From Lysobacterales bacterium (GTDB lineage: Bacteria; Pseudomonadota; Gammaproteobacteria; Xanthomonadales; SZUA-5), in NCBI GenBank assembly GCA_022844165.1, contig JALHMH010000006.1:64001-128000 (forward strand): a stretch of DNA of 64,000 nt, read 5' to 3'. The notes beneath the pieces are model-generated. The model ran no database searches, had not been told where the DNA came from, and saw nothing but the letters and a program-made list of their open reading frames with translations. This document shows, in pieces, positions 1-9,727 of the stretch. A program made the position numbers and the translations under genes. Within the stretch, counting starts at the first letter, position 1. Every line of letters begins with the position of its first letter.

Positions 1-883
1 GGATGCGCGAGGCCACGCGGTCCGGATGGAACGGCTCGAGGGCATCGAGCTTCTCGCCCGCGCCCATGAACTTGATCGGTCGGCCGGTCAGATAGCGCAC
101 CGACAACGCCGCACCGCCGCGAGCGTCGCCGTCGGTTTTGGTCAGAATCACGCCGGTCAATGGCAAGGCTTCGGCAAAGGCCTTGGCGGTGTTCGCCGCG
201 TCCTGGCCGGTCATGCTATCGACCACGAACAGTGTCTCGATCGGTTGCAGCGCCCGGTGCAACTCAGCAACCTCGGTCATCATCGCTTGATCGATGGCCA
301 GCCGCCCGGCCGTGTCGACAATCAGCACGTCTGCCAGCGAGCGTTTGGCGGCTTCGAGCGCGGCACGCGCAATGTCCAACGGGCGTTGCTCAGGCGTGCT
401 CTCGAAAAACGTCGCTTCCACTTGCCCGGCCACGGTTTTCAACTGCTCGATGGCCGCGGGCCGATAGACATCGCAGCTCACGACCATGACGCGTTTCTTC
501 TTGCGCTCACGCAACAGTCGCGCCAATTTGCCGGTGGTTGTGGTTTTCCCGGAGCCCTGCAGGCCGGCCATCAAAATCACCGCCGGCGCCGGACAATTCA
601 GATTCAGATCCTCGTTGCGCGCGCCCATCACCGCAACCAGTTCGTCGTTGACGATCTTGATCAGCGTCTGGCCCGGCGACAGGCTTTGCAAAACCTCCTG
701 GCCGATCGCGCGCGCTTTGACGCGTTCGATCAACGCCTGTACCACAGGCAGTGCCACGTCCGCTTCCAACAGCGCAATGCGAACTTCGCGCAGTGCCTCG
801 CGAATGTTCTCTTCGCTCAAGCGCCCGCGCCCGCGCAGCTTATTGATCGTATCGGAGAGGCGTTTGCTTAAGTTTTCGAACAT
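1..883 (-). CDS. ffh: Signal recognition particle protein Ffh (3' end runs off the window)
   Basis: Minus-strand ATG at 883 reads MFENLSKRLSDTINKLRGRGRLSEENIREALREVRIALLEADVALPVV; contains GLQGSGKTT (P-loop) and DTAGR. Not in the ORF track because it is open-ended. Confidence 0.95.
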   Translation of the reverse strand, partial: MFENLSKRLSDTINKLRGRGRLSEENIREALREVRIALLEADVALPVVQALIERVKARAIGQEVLQSLSPGQTLIKIVNDELVAVMGARNEDLNLNCPAPAVILMAGLQGSGKTTTTGKLARLLRERKKKRVMVVSCDVYRPAAIEQLKTVAGQVEATFFESTPEQRPLDIARAALEAAKRSLADVLIVDTAGRLAIDQAMMTEVAELHRALQPIETLFVVDSMTGQDAANTAKAFAEALPLTGVILTKTDGDARGGAALSVRYLTGRPIKFMGAGEKLDALEPFHPDRVASRI

Positions 884-1096
884 GAGTCCAGGCCGGAGCG
901 CTTCGAGGGGCGCGATTCTAATGGGAACGCGCTGCTTCCTGCTCGGCGATCGAGCATCCGCCTGGCTCGCCCACTTCATGGCATCGCGAGGATATGGCCT
1001 GAGTTCATAGTAGCGGTGCGTCGTTTCTCGACTGACCGGACTTCGCGACGAACGCGATGAACGCGCGGGCAAGGCGTTCCGAGGGAAGCGCATTGA

Positions 1097-1167
1097 GGAG
1101 GGCGCTGCTCCTGCGGCGCTCGCATGTTCCATATGCTGCCAGCGGCGGCGCAGGAGCGGCGCCCTCC
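1097..1167. repeat. REP-like inverted repeat / possible terminator
   Basis: GGAGGGCGCTGCTCCTGCG (1097-1115) and CGCAGGAGCGGCGCCCTCC (1149-1167) pair at 18/19 positions; intergenic, just downstream of the 1230-1721 gene. Confidence 0.6.
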
Positions 1168-1229
1168 CGCGGATGGTCTCCAATACGTCGATGTTTCTCC
1201 GGGCTGGCCGTCGCTCGAGACCGCGAGGG

Positions 1230-1721
1230 CTAATCCGGCAGATACAGGCCCAAAAAGCTGATGGACCACTGCTGGCCATCGTCCGAAACCTCCCATTTCT
1301 GCTGCACCTTCCCCTCCGCCTGCGGCGTCCAGGTGATCCGTTGTCGCTGCACACCGCCGTTTGCTGCGGCCAACTCACCTTCCATCAACATCACGCCATC
1401 GATCAGTTTGCCTTCCAGGCTCAACACCACGCCGTCGCCGCCCACCCAGAACTGTCGCCAAACCCGGTGATTAGCGTCCCAGGCGTTGAGACTCATACCG
1501 TTCATTCCGCCTGCGCCGGACCAATACTCGACGACTCGGCAACCGTCTTTGCTGCGTTCGATTCGATTCTTGCCCTGGAACTGATCGCCGTTGCGCCCGC
1601 CCATCACGCGCCAGTTGCCCAGCCAGAAGTCGAACTGTCGATGCTCTGCGCCAGAGCAGGGTGTCGCAGCGGCTGCTTCAGATGCAGCCAGGATCAAGAG
1701 AACAAATAACAATAAGTGCAT
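1230..1721 (-). CDS. Secreted hypothetical protein (DUF1579-like beta-rich)
   Basis: ATG at 1721 gives a signal peptide MHLLLFVLLILAASEAAAA followed by QFDFWLGNW...WRQFWV...WEVSDDG. Confidence 0.7.
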   Translation of the reverse strand: MHLLLFVLLILAASEAAAATPCSGAEHRQFDFWLGNWRVMGGRNGDQFQGKNRIERSKDGCRVVEYWSGAGGMNGMSLNAWDANHRVWRQFWVGGDGVVLSLEGKLIDGVMLMEGELAAANGGVQRQRITWTPQAEGKVQQKWEVSDDGQQWSISFLGLYLPD

Positions 1722-1756
1722 TGCGAATACTCCATTGTGCAACTGCAGTAAGGAAA

Positions 1757-3730
1757 TCAACGGCAGCCCAGTCCTCTGGGCTGGGTTAGGCGGGTCAGTG
1801 TCATCGACCCGGTTCCAAACGCTGTGCCGAGCGTGTAGTCCACACGGCCCCGGCTGCAGGATGTCATCGACAAACGCAACTCGCCGATGGTGCTGCGCTG
1901 CACCGTCGTGGGATTGAATCCGTCGACAAAACGTCCTCCTTGTGTGCGCTCGGCGCGTAACACAGCGACGCCATTTTCGATGCGGCCCGTGCCTAGAATC
2001 CACGCCGGCTGACCGTTCTGGTCGAAGGTGTACCAGGTGGCGAGCACGTTGCCATCCGCCAGATTTTCGACCAGCAGGCCATGGCCGCTTTGTGCCGGAT
2101 CGAACCAGGCACCCGTCATGCCGTGTATTGCGCCGCTGGCGATCGCAGCGCTGCCGCAAGCAACACCATTGGGCGTACTCAAGCGTTGCATCGGGAAGCT
2201 GCCGGTACCGTAGGGTGCATTGAGCTCGTAATCGATGCGCGCGCCGGAACAAGACGCGAATTGGATGCGCAGTTGCCCGAGTGGGCGCTGTGTGGTTGCA
2301 CCACTTTGCCAGTTCGGGATGAAACGCGCCCCGATGCCGGTGATGTCAAATACGTTGATTTGGGCGATTCCATTGGCGATCGCTCCAGTTCCGAAGAACC
2401 AGCGTTGCGCGCCGCTACCGGCCGGGTCGTAGGTGAACCACGAGGCCAAAACGGTGTTGTCCGGCAACTGCTCCAGTAACAATCCATGGCCATCCTGCGC
2501 AGGGTTGAACCACGCGCCGGTCACGTCCAACGAATTGACCACAATGCTGCCGGCATAAACGTCGGCGAAATTTCCCGGCGGGCTACTGATCAGAAAGTCC
2601 AGCGCACCATCGCCCGTGACGTCGCCAATCCCGACCGCGTCGAAGCCGAATTGTGCGCCTGGACGGGCGCCGTTGATCGTGACCAGCACGCTCTGATCGG
2701 CGCCACTGAACACGCGAACGCGACCGCCTTGACCCAGACCAGCGCCGCTGAAGGTGTACGAACCAATGATCAAGTCAGCATGGCCATCGCCATTCACGTC
2801 ACCTGCTGAGCGCCCGGGGCCCATGCCTTCGCTTTGCGTGCCGGCAAGCCGGAACAGGCGATTACCGGTCCGCCCGGAGAACACGTAGGCCGCGCCACCA
2901 GCACCTTCCGTGTAGGCGCCGACGTACACATCGCTGCGTCCGTCGGCATTCACATCGCCGGCATTGGCCACGAAAAACTCGCCGAAGCGACCCAGCGCAT
3001 CGGCCGTCAAGGTGTACAGCAACTGCCCAGATGCGCCGGAGTACACAAATGCGCGCCCGGGTGCATCACTCGGAGCGCCGATCACGTACTCGCCGACGCC
3101 ATCGCCGTTGAGATCGCCCAAACGCGCAGCCCCAGCGCCAAATTCGGTGCCGGGCGCGCTGTCATGCGTGCGCAGAATCGCGCCGTTCGCGCCCGAAAAC
3201 ACCAAGGCGACGGCGCTCGACGAAGCGCCTGCCAGCAGTTCCGGCACGCCGTCGCCATCCAGATCATCGAGTCCGCTGACGGCCGAACCGAAGCCGAACG
3301 TCCCAGGCGATGGCACCAGGCTGGCCAGTTGTGCGCCGTCGCGTCCCGATAACAACATCACCGCGCCGCCCGATGGTGCGTTGCGCCCCCCGGCGATCAC
3401 ATCCGAAACGCCGTCGCGATTGATATCACCGGCAGCCGCCACCGACCAGCCCAGGCTCGCAAGGCCCGGCGACGCGCTCCACAACGCCGCGTCGCGGGTT
3501 GTGGACCAGGCGGCGACGGTACCGGTCCGCTGAGCGCCGGTAATGAAGTCGCGCCGACCATCGCCATCGAGGTCCGGCATGTCGGCCACCGCAAAGCCGA
3601 TGCCCGGCGCCGAATAACTGCGCAGCAACTGCGGTGGCTGCTGAGCCGACGCGATGAAAGGCAGTCCCGCGAGCAAAGCTGCGCCGAACCAGAGCCTGTG
3701 AATTGAAAAAACTTGTAGTGTATTGCGCAT
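1757..3730 (-). CDS. Secreted FG-GAP/integrin-alpha repeat protein with duplicated C-terminal domain
   Basis: Signal peptide; repeated GDxNxDGxxD..G FG-GAP motifs; two copies of TGAWFxPAQxGHGLL.E.L at the C-terminus. Confidence 0.85.
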   Translation of the reverse strand: MRNTLQVFSIHRLWFGAALLAGLPFIASAQQPPQLLRSYSAPGIGFAVADMPDLDGDGRRDFITGAQRTGTVAAWSTTRDAALWSASPGLASLGWSVAAAGDINRDGVSDVIAGGRNAPSGGAVMLLSGRDGAQLASLVPSPGTFGFGSAVSGLDDLDGDGVPELLAGASSSAVALVFSGANGAILRTHDSAPGTEFGAGAARLGDLNGDGVGEYVIGAPSDAPGRAFVYSGASGQLLYTLTADALGRFGEFFVANAGDVNADGRSDVYVGAYTEGAGGAAYVFSGRTGNRLFRLAGTQSEGMGPGRSAGDVNGDGHADLIIGSYTFSGAGLGQGGRVRVFSGADQSVLVTINGARPGAQFGFDAVGIGDVTGDGALDFLISSPPGNFADVYAGSIVVNSLDVTGAWFNPAQDGHGLLLEQLPDNTVLASWFTYDPAGSGAQRWFFGTGAIANGIAQINVFDITGIGARFIPNWQSGATTQRPLGQLRIQFASCSGARIDYELNAPYGTGSFPMQRLSTPNGVACGSAAIASGAIHGMTGAWFDPAQSGHGLLVENLADGNVLATWYTFDQNGQPAWILGTGRIENGVAVLRAERTQGGRFVDGFNPTTVQRSTIGELRLSMTSCSRGRVDYTLGTAFGTGSMTLTRLTQPRGLGCR

Positions 3731-3862
3731 TGTTGCACTCCTGGTGTTAGGAGTTCTTAGTCAAAGCGCACGCAATGCTGTCCGTCAGGATGTTGTTCCG
3801 AAGTTTCGACGAAGCTTTGACGAAAACGCGATGAATCAAGCCGCAGCAGCGTACAAGAGAGG

Positions 3863-6034
3863 TTGAAAGTGCAATTGGTGGAGCAGCGCTTTGCGATTGG
3901 CGAGCAGATCTTCGATGGAGGAACACTGACGCTTAGCTCAGCCGACGCCCACACCCGCCTGCCACTGAAGGCCGCCCAGGTTTTGATCGTGTTGGCCGAA
4001 CACGTCGGGCATACGGTGACGCGCGACACGCTACTCGATCGCGTCTGGCCCGATCAATTTCGCACGCCGGATGTGCTCACACAGGTGATCGTCGAACTGC
4101 GACGCGCTTTGCACGGCGGCGCGTCGGTGCTGGTCACGGTGCCGAAAGTCGGCTATCGGCTGCAGGCGGAGGTCACTCGACTCGGGACGGAAATGACTTC
4201 CGCCGACGCCGCGCCCGTCGCAGACACGCTCGACCTCAAACCGCAGTTAGCACCGGTTGAGGCGGCGGAGCTCATCGCGCCCGCACCTGGCCAGGAACAC
4301 CCGCCGCCAGCGACCGGGCCGAAATCGTCGTGGGCAAGTGTTTTTTGGGTCGCTGTTGTCTCGCTCGCGATGATTGGTCTCTGGCATTGGTCGCGACTCC
4401 CGTCCACAAAGACGAATACGGAGAGCTCGTCGATCTTGCCCGCGCCAGCCATCGAAATTCTCAGCGCCGATCCGGCATCGGAGCGCTGGCCAGCATTGTC
4501 GCCGGATGGCAGTCGCGTCGCCTATTCGGTTCTGCGCAGCAACGGCCATCGCGAAGTGGTGGTGCAAATTCCTGGCAGCAGCGCCCAAACGCCGCTGCTC
4601 AGCGATGCGACGGCCGACCAGGCACATCCGGTTTGGGCGCCGGACGGACGAGAAGTTGCGTTCTTGAGTTTTTCCGGTCAGGACTGTGTTGTGCGCGCGG
4701 TGGCGGCCATGGGCGGCGCCTCTCGTGTGTTGCGCAACTGCATTCCGAGCGTCATCAGCTGGTTCCAATGGCCAACGCCGGATACGCTCTATACCACCTA
4801 CATGACGCCGGACTCGCCAGGGCTGCGAATTCACCGTCAATGGCTGAACTCAGACCGGGATGAAGTCCTCCAATATCCGCGGCGCGAAAACGATCACGAT
4901 TCCGAGCCGAAGCTCTCGCCCACTGGTCGCTACTTGGCGTTCCGCCGTGGCCGCAGGTTTAGCAACCTGATGTTGCTCGATCAGCAAAGCGGCCAGTTGC
5001 AGGAGGTTACGGCAGCAGCATCCTGGTTGACCGGTCACACCTGGCTTGGCGACGAAGGTCTGTTGATTTATGCCACCGATGCCTACGGACCTTCCGAGCT
5101 GGTCGCCTTCGATCCCGCAACGTCCCGGCGCCAGCGTCTGAGCGTCGCACCGGCCCGACATCCGAGCGCCGCAACTGGTACGCGAATGTTGGCCTACGAA
5201 TGGCCGCGGCAGCAGACACAACTCTGGTCTTTTCAGCTGCACGGCGAGGATGACGGGCTTCCGGTGTTGCCGCCGTCCACCGGTAGCGATCGTGCGGCCC
5301 AGTTTTCGCCTGACGGTGCAAGCCTGGCTTTTGTTTCGAATCGCAGCGGTGCAGATCAGCTCTGGATCGTACGCGGCCAGACGGCGGCGCAGCAGCTGAG
5401 TCAATTGCAAGGCCAGCGCGTCCGCGAGGTCGCCTGGCACCCGGACGGCAAGTCGCTGTTGATCGTGACGTCTTCGGCAGAACGCTGGGATGCACTCGCG
5501 CTGGATGTCGCCACGCGTCGCGAGCAGCCGGTCCAGGGCATCCCGGGTTCGATTCGCTCCCTGCACGGCTCGCGAACGGCAGGGCGATTGTTAGCCATCA
5601 CCGAGATCGATGGCGCGCTGCATCTGCTGGTGTTGGACCGAGACCAGGACCGATGGACCACGACGAGGCAACTCCTGGGCGGCAATCGCGTTGCAGAGGC
5701 CGCCGATGGACGGCTGCTGCTGACCTTGGAAGGTCTGCCTGGGCTTTATCAACTGCGGCCAGAGGATGCCGAACCGGTGTTGTTGAGCGACCGAATCAAT
5801 CTCGTGAATCAGACGTCCTGGACCATCGCCGACGACCGCGTCTGGTTTATCCAATGGACCAGCCCGCCGACGCTCCGGACGCTCGATGAGAACGGCGAAA
5901 CCAGCATCGTCCGCGAACTCCGCCGCGGCGCGCAGGCCGCGCCACTGGTGCCGGAAATCGCCATCGCTAACGGGCGCCTCGTTATGACCGCCATGAACCA
6001 GGATCAAACTGACATCGCACTGCTGCGCTGGTGA
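3863..6034 (+). CDS. CadC/ToxR-like winged-helix regulator with TM segment and PD40/TolB-like beta-propeller
   Basis: N-terminal LLDRVW...LRRAL...TVPKVGYRL wHTH; hydrophobic segment VFWVAVVSLAMIGLW; repeated P.WSPDG motifs. Confidence 0.85.
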   Translation: MKVQLVEQRFAIGEQIFDGGTLTLSSADAHTRLPLKAAQVLIVLAEHVGHTVTRDTLLDRVWPDQFRTPDVLTQVIVELRRALHGGASVLVTVPKVGYRLQAEVTRLGTEMTSADAAPVADTLDLKPQLAPVEAAELIAPAPGQEHPPPATGPKSSWASVFWVAVVSLAMIGLWHWSRLPSTKTNTESSSILPAPAIEILSADPASERWPALSPDGSRVAYSVLRSNGHREVVVQIPGSSAQTPLLSDATADQAHPVWAPDGREVAFLSFSGQDCVVRAVAAMGGASRVLRNCIPSVISWFQWPTPDTLYTTYMTPDSPGLRIHRQWLNSDRDEVLQYPRRENDHDSEPKLSPTGRYLAFRRGRRFSNLMLLDQQSGQLQEVTAAASWLTGHTWLGDEGLLIYATDAYGPSELVAFDPATSRRQRLSVAPARHPSAATGTRMLAYEWPRQQTQLWSFQLHGEDDGLPVLPPSTGSDRAAQFSPDGASLAFVSNRSGADQLWIVRGQTAAQQLSQLQGQRVREVAWHPDGKSLLIVTSSAERWDALALDVATRREQPVQGIPGSIRSLHGSRTAGRLLAITEIDGALHLLVLDRDQDRWTTTRQLLGGNRVAEAADGRLLLTLEGLPGLYQLRPEDAEPVLLSDRINLVNQTSWTIADDRVWFIQWTSPPTLRTLDENGETSIVRELRRGAQAAPLVPEIAIANGRLVMTAMNQDQTDIALLRW

Positions 6035-6052
6035 ATTTGTCTCGTGCTTCGG

Positions 6053-7576
6053 CTAACCAACCCGCAAGCGCAGCCGCAAGCCGAGTTCGTCGAAGGTGTT
6101 TTTTTCCTGCCGAAGGTCGGTCCAGGTCAACGGATGCTTGGTCAGCCAGCCGCGCGGGAATTTGAGGTCGAAGTCGCGGCCGAGGATGTTGACGGTCAGC
6201 GGTGGCAGGGCTTCTTCGCTGCGTGCACGGTGCAGGACCACGGCGAGTCGGAAAATCGCCAAGGTCTTTTGAAAACGGTCGAGATCACGTTCGGCGATGT
6301 CTTCGAAGGTGTGATCGGGAATTCCGCGGCGATGGCCGAGCACCAGCGCCGCGACGGTTGCTTGTTCTTGCCGGGAGAAGCCCGGCAAATCCGAATGTTC
6401 GATAATGTACGCGCCATGTTTGTGGTGTTGCGTATGCGAGATCGACAGGCCGATCTCATGCACCAGCGTGGCGTACAACAAGGTGTCGCGCTCTTCCTGC
6501 ATCAGACCCCAGCCGGCGGCCGCCTGGTCGAACAGATTGAGCGCCGTGGCCTGCACGCGCAGCGCCTGCGCCTGATCCACGGCATAGCGTTTTGCCAGCG
6601 TGCGGATGCTGCGTTCGCGCGGATCCTGCTGTTGCTGGCGGCCGAGCGAATCGTACAACAAACCCTCGCGCATTGCGTAGTCGCTGACGCGTAACAGATC
6701 CAGATCGAGCGCCTCATAACACGCCCAAAGCGCCGCCAGACCGCCGAGGAAAATCGGTCGGCGGTCTTCGCTCAGCGACGGCAAACGTGCGCGCTGCACA
6801 ACGCCCACTTCGATGACGCGATCAATCAAATCCAGCAATCCGGCGCGCGTCACTTCGCGCTCGCGGCCACCCATCGCATGCAGAATGCTGCTCAGCGACT
6901 TGACGGTTCCAGAGCTGCCGATGACACGTTTCCAGCCGCGCGCTTTGTACGCGGCCAGTATCGGCTGAAATTCGATGGACAGCCGCAACTGCGCATCTTG
7001 CCAACGTTTGCGCGTGACTTTGCCGTCGGCAAAAAAGCGCTGCGAGGTGGCTACGCAGCCGAGCTGCAGACTCTCGGTTTCCAGTGTGTCGAAGCCGCGG
7101 CCGATGATCAGTTCGGTACTGCCGCCGCCGACATCGATCACCAACTGCTGTTGGCGCGGATCGTTCAGTCCGTGCGCGACGCCCAGGTAAATCAGCCGCG
7201 CCTCTTCGCGACCGGAGACCACCTCGATGGGTGCGCCCAGCGCGGTTTCCGCGGTCATCAGGAAGGCGCGCGGCGATTTCAGCTGGCGCACCGAGTTGGT
7301 CGCCACAGCGCGAATGCGCTCCCGCGGCACATTGCTCAGGCGTTGCCCAAAGCGCGATAAACAGGCGATCGCCCGCTCGCGGACGTCCGGGTTCAGTTGC
7401 CCATCTGCGGTGAGCCCAGCGGCCATGCGGACCGAATCGCGCAGGCGGTCGACGACCTGCAGCTCACCTTCGGAAAAACGGGCGACGATCATATGGAAAC
7501 TGTTCGACCCAAGATCGACCGCGGCCAGCGGCGTACTATCGACGATGTCTTTAGGGTCGAACGGCATTTCTATCAT
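6053..7576 (-). CDS. ppx: Exopolyphosphatase Ppx/GppA
   Basis: AAVDLGSNSFH, SGREEARLIYLG and DVGGGSTE motifs; start overlaps the ppk1 stop (ATGA). Confidence 0.95.
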   Translation of the reverse strand: MIEMPFDPKDIVDSTPLAAVDLGSNSFHMIVARFSEGELQVVDRLRDSVRMAAGLTADGQLNPDVRERAIACLSRFGQRLSNVPRERIRAVATNSVRQLKSPRAFLMTAETALGAPIEVVSGREEARLIYLGVAHGLNDPRQQQLVIDVGGGSTELIIGRGFDTLETESLQLGCVATSQRFFADGKVTRKRWQDAQLRLSIEFQPILAAYKARGWKRVIGSSGTVKSLSSILHAMGGREREVTRAGLLDLIDRVIEVGVVQRARLPSLSEDRRPIFLGGLAALWACYEALDLDLLRVSDYAMREGLLYDSLGRQQQQDPRERSIRTLAKRYAVDQAQALRVQATALNLFDQAAAGWGLMQEERDTLLYATLVHEIGLSISHTQHHKHGAYIIEHSDLPGFSRQEQATVAALVLGHRRGIPDHTFEDIAERDLDRFQKTLAIFRLAVVLHRARSEEALPPLTVNILGRDFDLKFPRGWLTKHPLTWTDLRQEKNTFDELGLRLRLRVG

Positions 7577-9624
7577 CCTGCAATGCGCGCCAGCAGCGCG
7601 CTCTGCGCCGCGTGCGGCATGTCGTCGCCCGCTTCGACGCGCACGTAACTGCCGTCGCTCTGCAGGCGCCACGCCTGCGTGTTGTCGGCCAGGTAGTTCT
7701 CCAGAGTCTCGTTGAAGACACGCTGTCGCAGGCTCGAATCGAGAATCGGAAAGCAGGTCTCGACGCGGTTCAACAGATTGCGTTCCATCCAATCGGCGCT
7801 GGACGCATACAGCTCTTCGCGACCGTTGTTGTAGAAATAACAGACGCGGGAATGTTCGAGAAAACGGCCGACGATGGAATACACGCGGATGTTGTCGCTG
7901 ACACCCGGCACGCCCGGCCGCAGCACACAAATCCCGCGTACGAACAACACCACTTCGACGCCAGCTTCGCTGGCACGATAGAGCGCGTCGATGACCTGCG
8001 GTTCGCTCAACGCGTTCATGCGCGCCAGGATTTTTCCGCCCTTACCGGCGCGCGCGTTCTTGGCCTCGCGGTCGATCTTGTGGATCAGCTGTTTGTGCAG
8101 CGTAAACGGCGAATGCAGCACTTGTTTGAGCTTGATCGCCTGACTCAAGCCTGACAACTGCTGGAACAGCTTGTGCACATCTTCGCCGATGTCGGTATCG
8201 GCCGTGATCAGACCGATATCGGTGTAAACGCTGCTGGTGCCCTGGTGATAGTTGCCGGTTCCCAAATGCACGTAGCGCCTGAGCTTGCCGTTTTCGCGGC
8301 GCACGATGAGCAGCATCTTGGCGTGCGTCTTGTAACCGACCACGCCATAGACCACCTGCACGCCGGCCTCCTGCAGCCGATTGGCCAGATCGATGTTCGC
8401 CTCTTCATCGAAGCGAGCGCGCAGCTCAACGATGACGGTGACATCCTTGCCGGCGCGGGCGGCTTCTATCAAGTAGTCGACCAGCACCGATTTGCGACCG
8501 GTGCGATACAGTGTTTGTTTGATCGCCAACACATCGGGATCGTGCGCGGCGGTTTTCAGCAAATCGACGACGGTCGAAAAACTGTCGAAAGGATGGTGCA
8601 ACAACACATCCTGCTCGCGCACCATATCGAACACATTGCCGACCTTCGGCGCCTGAATCCGCGGCTTGAACGCCTGGTACTTCAAATCCGGTCGGTCGAC
8701 CAGGTCGTACACCGCGCCGACGCGGTTCAAATTGACAGGCCCATTGACGCGGAACATATCGTCTTCGCTGAGTTCGAAGTGTTCCAACAGATACTGGCCC
8801 AGCGCGCGCGGGCAACTGTCGGTAATTTCCAGGCGCACCGCGCGTGCGAAGCCGCGATCGAGTAGCTCGTCGCGCAGCGCGTGCGCCAGATTTTCCACAT
8901 CGAATTCGTCGACCCACAACTCACTGTTGCGCGTGACCCGAAACGGGTAGACCCCTTTGACCTTCATGCCAGGGAACAGATCGTCGACGAAGTCCTGCAA
9001 GATGGTGCTCAGCAGCACGACATCGTGCGTGCCGTTGGAAATTTCTTTCGGCAGCCGCACCAGGCGCGGCAACGAGCGCGGCGCACGCACCAGCGCCAGA
9101 TCCGCTTCGCGACCGAAGGCGTCTTTGCCCTTCAGCGCCACCGCCACATTCAAACTCTTGTTCAAGATCCGTGGGAACGGGTGCGCAGGGTCCAGACCCA
9201 GCGGGCTCAACACTGGCATCAGCTCGTCGTTGAAATAACCCTGCAACCAGCGCCGCTGCTTCGCATTCCACTCGTCGCGCATCAAAAAATTGATGCCCTG
9301 CGCGGAGAGTTTGGGTTTGAGTTCCTGATTCCAGGTTTGGTACTGCTCGCGCACCAGGCTCAACGCTTCGGTGCGAATCGCCGCCAACACATCAGCAGCA
9401 GTGCGTCCGTCCGGCCACGGTTTGCTCGCCAGAAAGTTCACCTGGTGGCGAATCGATGCCACCCGGACCTCGTAGAACTCATCGAGATTGGTGCACGAAA
9501 TGCACATGAAGCGCAGGCGCTCAAGCAGCGGCACACGATCATCCTGTGCCTGGGCAAGCACGCGCCGATGGAATGCGAGCAAACTGGTTTCGCGGTTGAG
9601 AAATAGGCTGGGATCGCGACTCAC
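7573..9624 (-). CDS. ppk1: Polyphosphate kinase 1
   Basis: NRETSLLAF, LDEFYEVRVA, LLHHPF, KTHAK, GTGNY and SADWMERNL motifs. Confidence 0.97.
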   Translation of the reverse strand: MSRDPSLFLNRETSLLAFHRRVLAQAQDDRVPLLERLRFMCISCTNLDEFYEVRVASIRHQVNFLASKPWPDGRTAADVLAAIRTEALSLVREQYQTWNQELKPKLSAQGINFLMRDEWNAKQRRWLQGYFNDELMPVLSPLGLDPAHPFPRILNKSLNVAVALKGKDAFGREADLALVRAPRSLPRLVRLPKEISNGTHDVVLLSTILQDFVDDLFPGMKVKGVYPFRVTRNSELWVDEFDVENLAHALRDELLDRGFARAVRLEITDSCPRALGQYLLEHFELSEDDMFRVNGPVNLNRVGAVYDLVDRPDLKYQAFKPRIQAPKVGNVFDMVREQDVLLHHPFDSFSTVVDLLKTAAHDPDVLAIKQTLYRTGRKSVLVDYLIEAARAGKDVTVIVELRARFDEEANIDLANRLQEAGVQVVYGVVGYKTHAKMLLIVRRENGKLRRYVHLGTGNYHQGTSSVYTDIGLITADTDIGEDVHKLFQQLSGLSQAIKLKQVLHSPFTLHKQLIHKIDREAKNARAGKGGKILARMNALSEPQVIDALYRASEAGVEVVLFVRGICVLRPGVPGVSDNIRVYSIVGRFLEHSRVCYFYNNGREELYASSADWMERNLLNRVETCFPILDSSLRQRVFNETLENYLADNTQAWRLQSDGSYVRVEAGDDMPHAAQSALLARIAG

Positions 9625-9727
9625 GGCTCAATCAGGCAAGCGAAAACGCTAAAGGTAGCAGAAGCGTGTGACCAGCGGGCGTCAATCGGAGATTCCAAAG
9701 GACTGTTGCGGCGCCTGGCATTGGCCG

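Noticed and set aside
26-871. 281-aa plus-strand ORF
   Set aside because: Antisense shadow of ffh, which has clear motifs on the minus strand.
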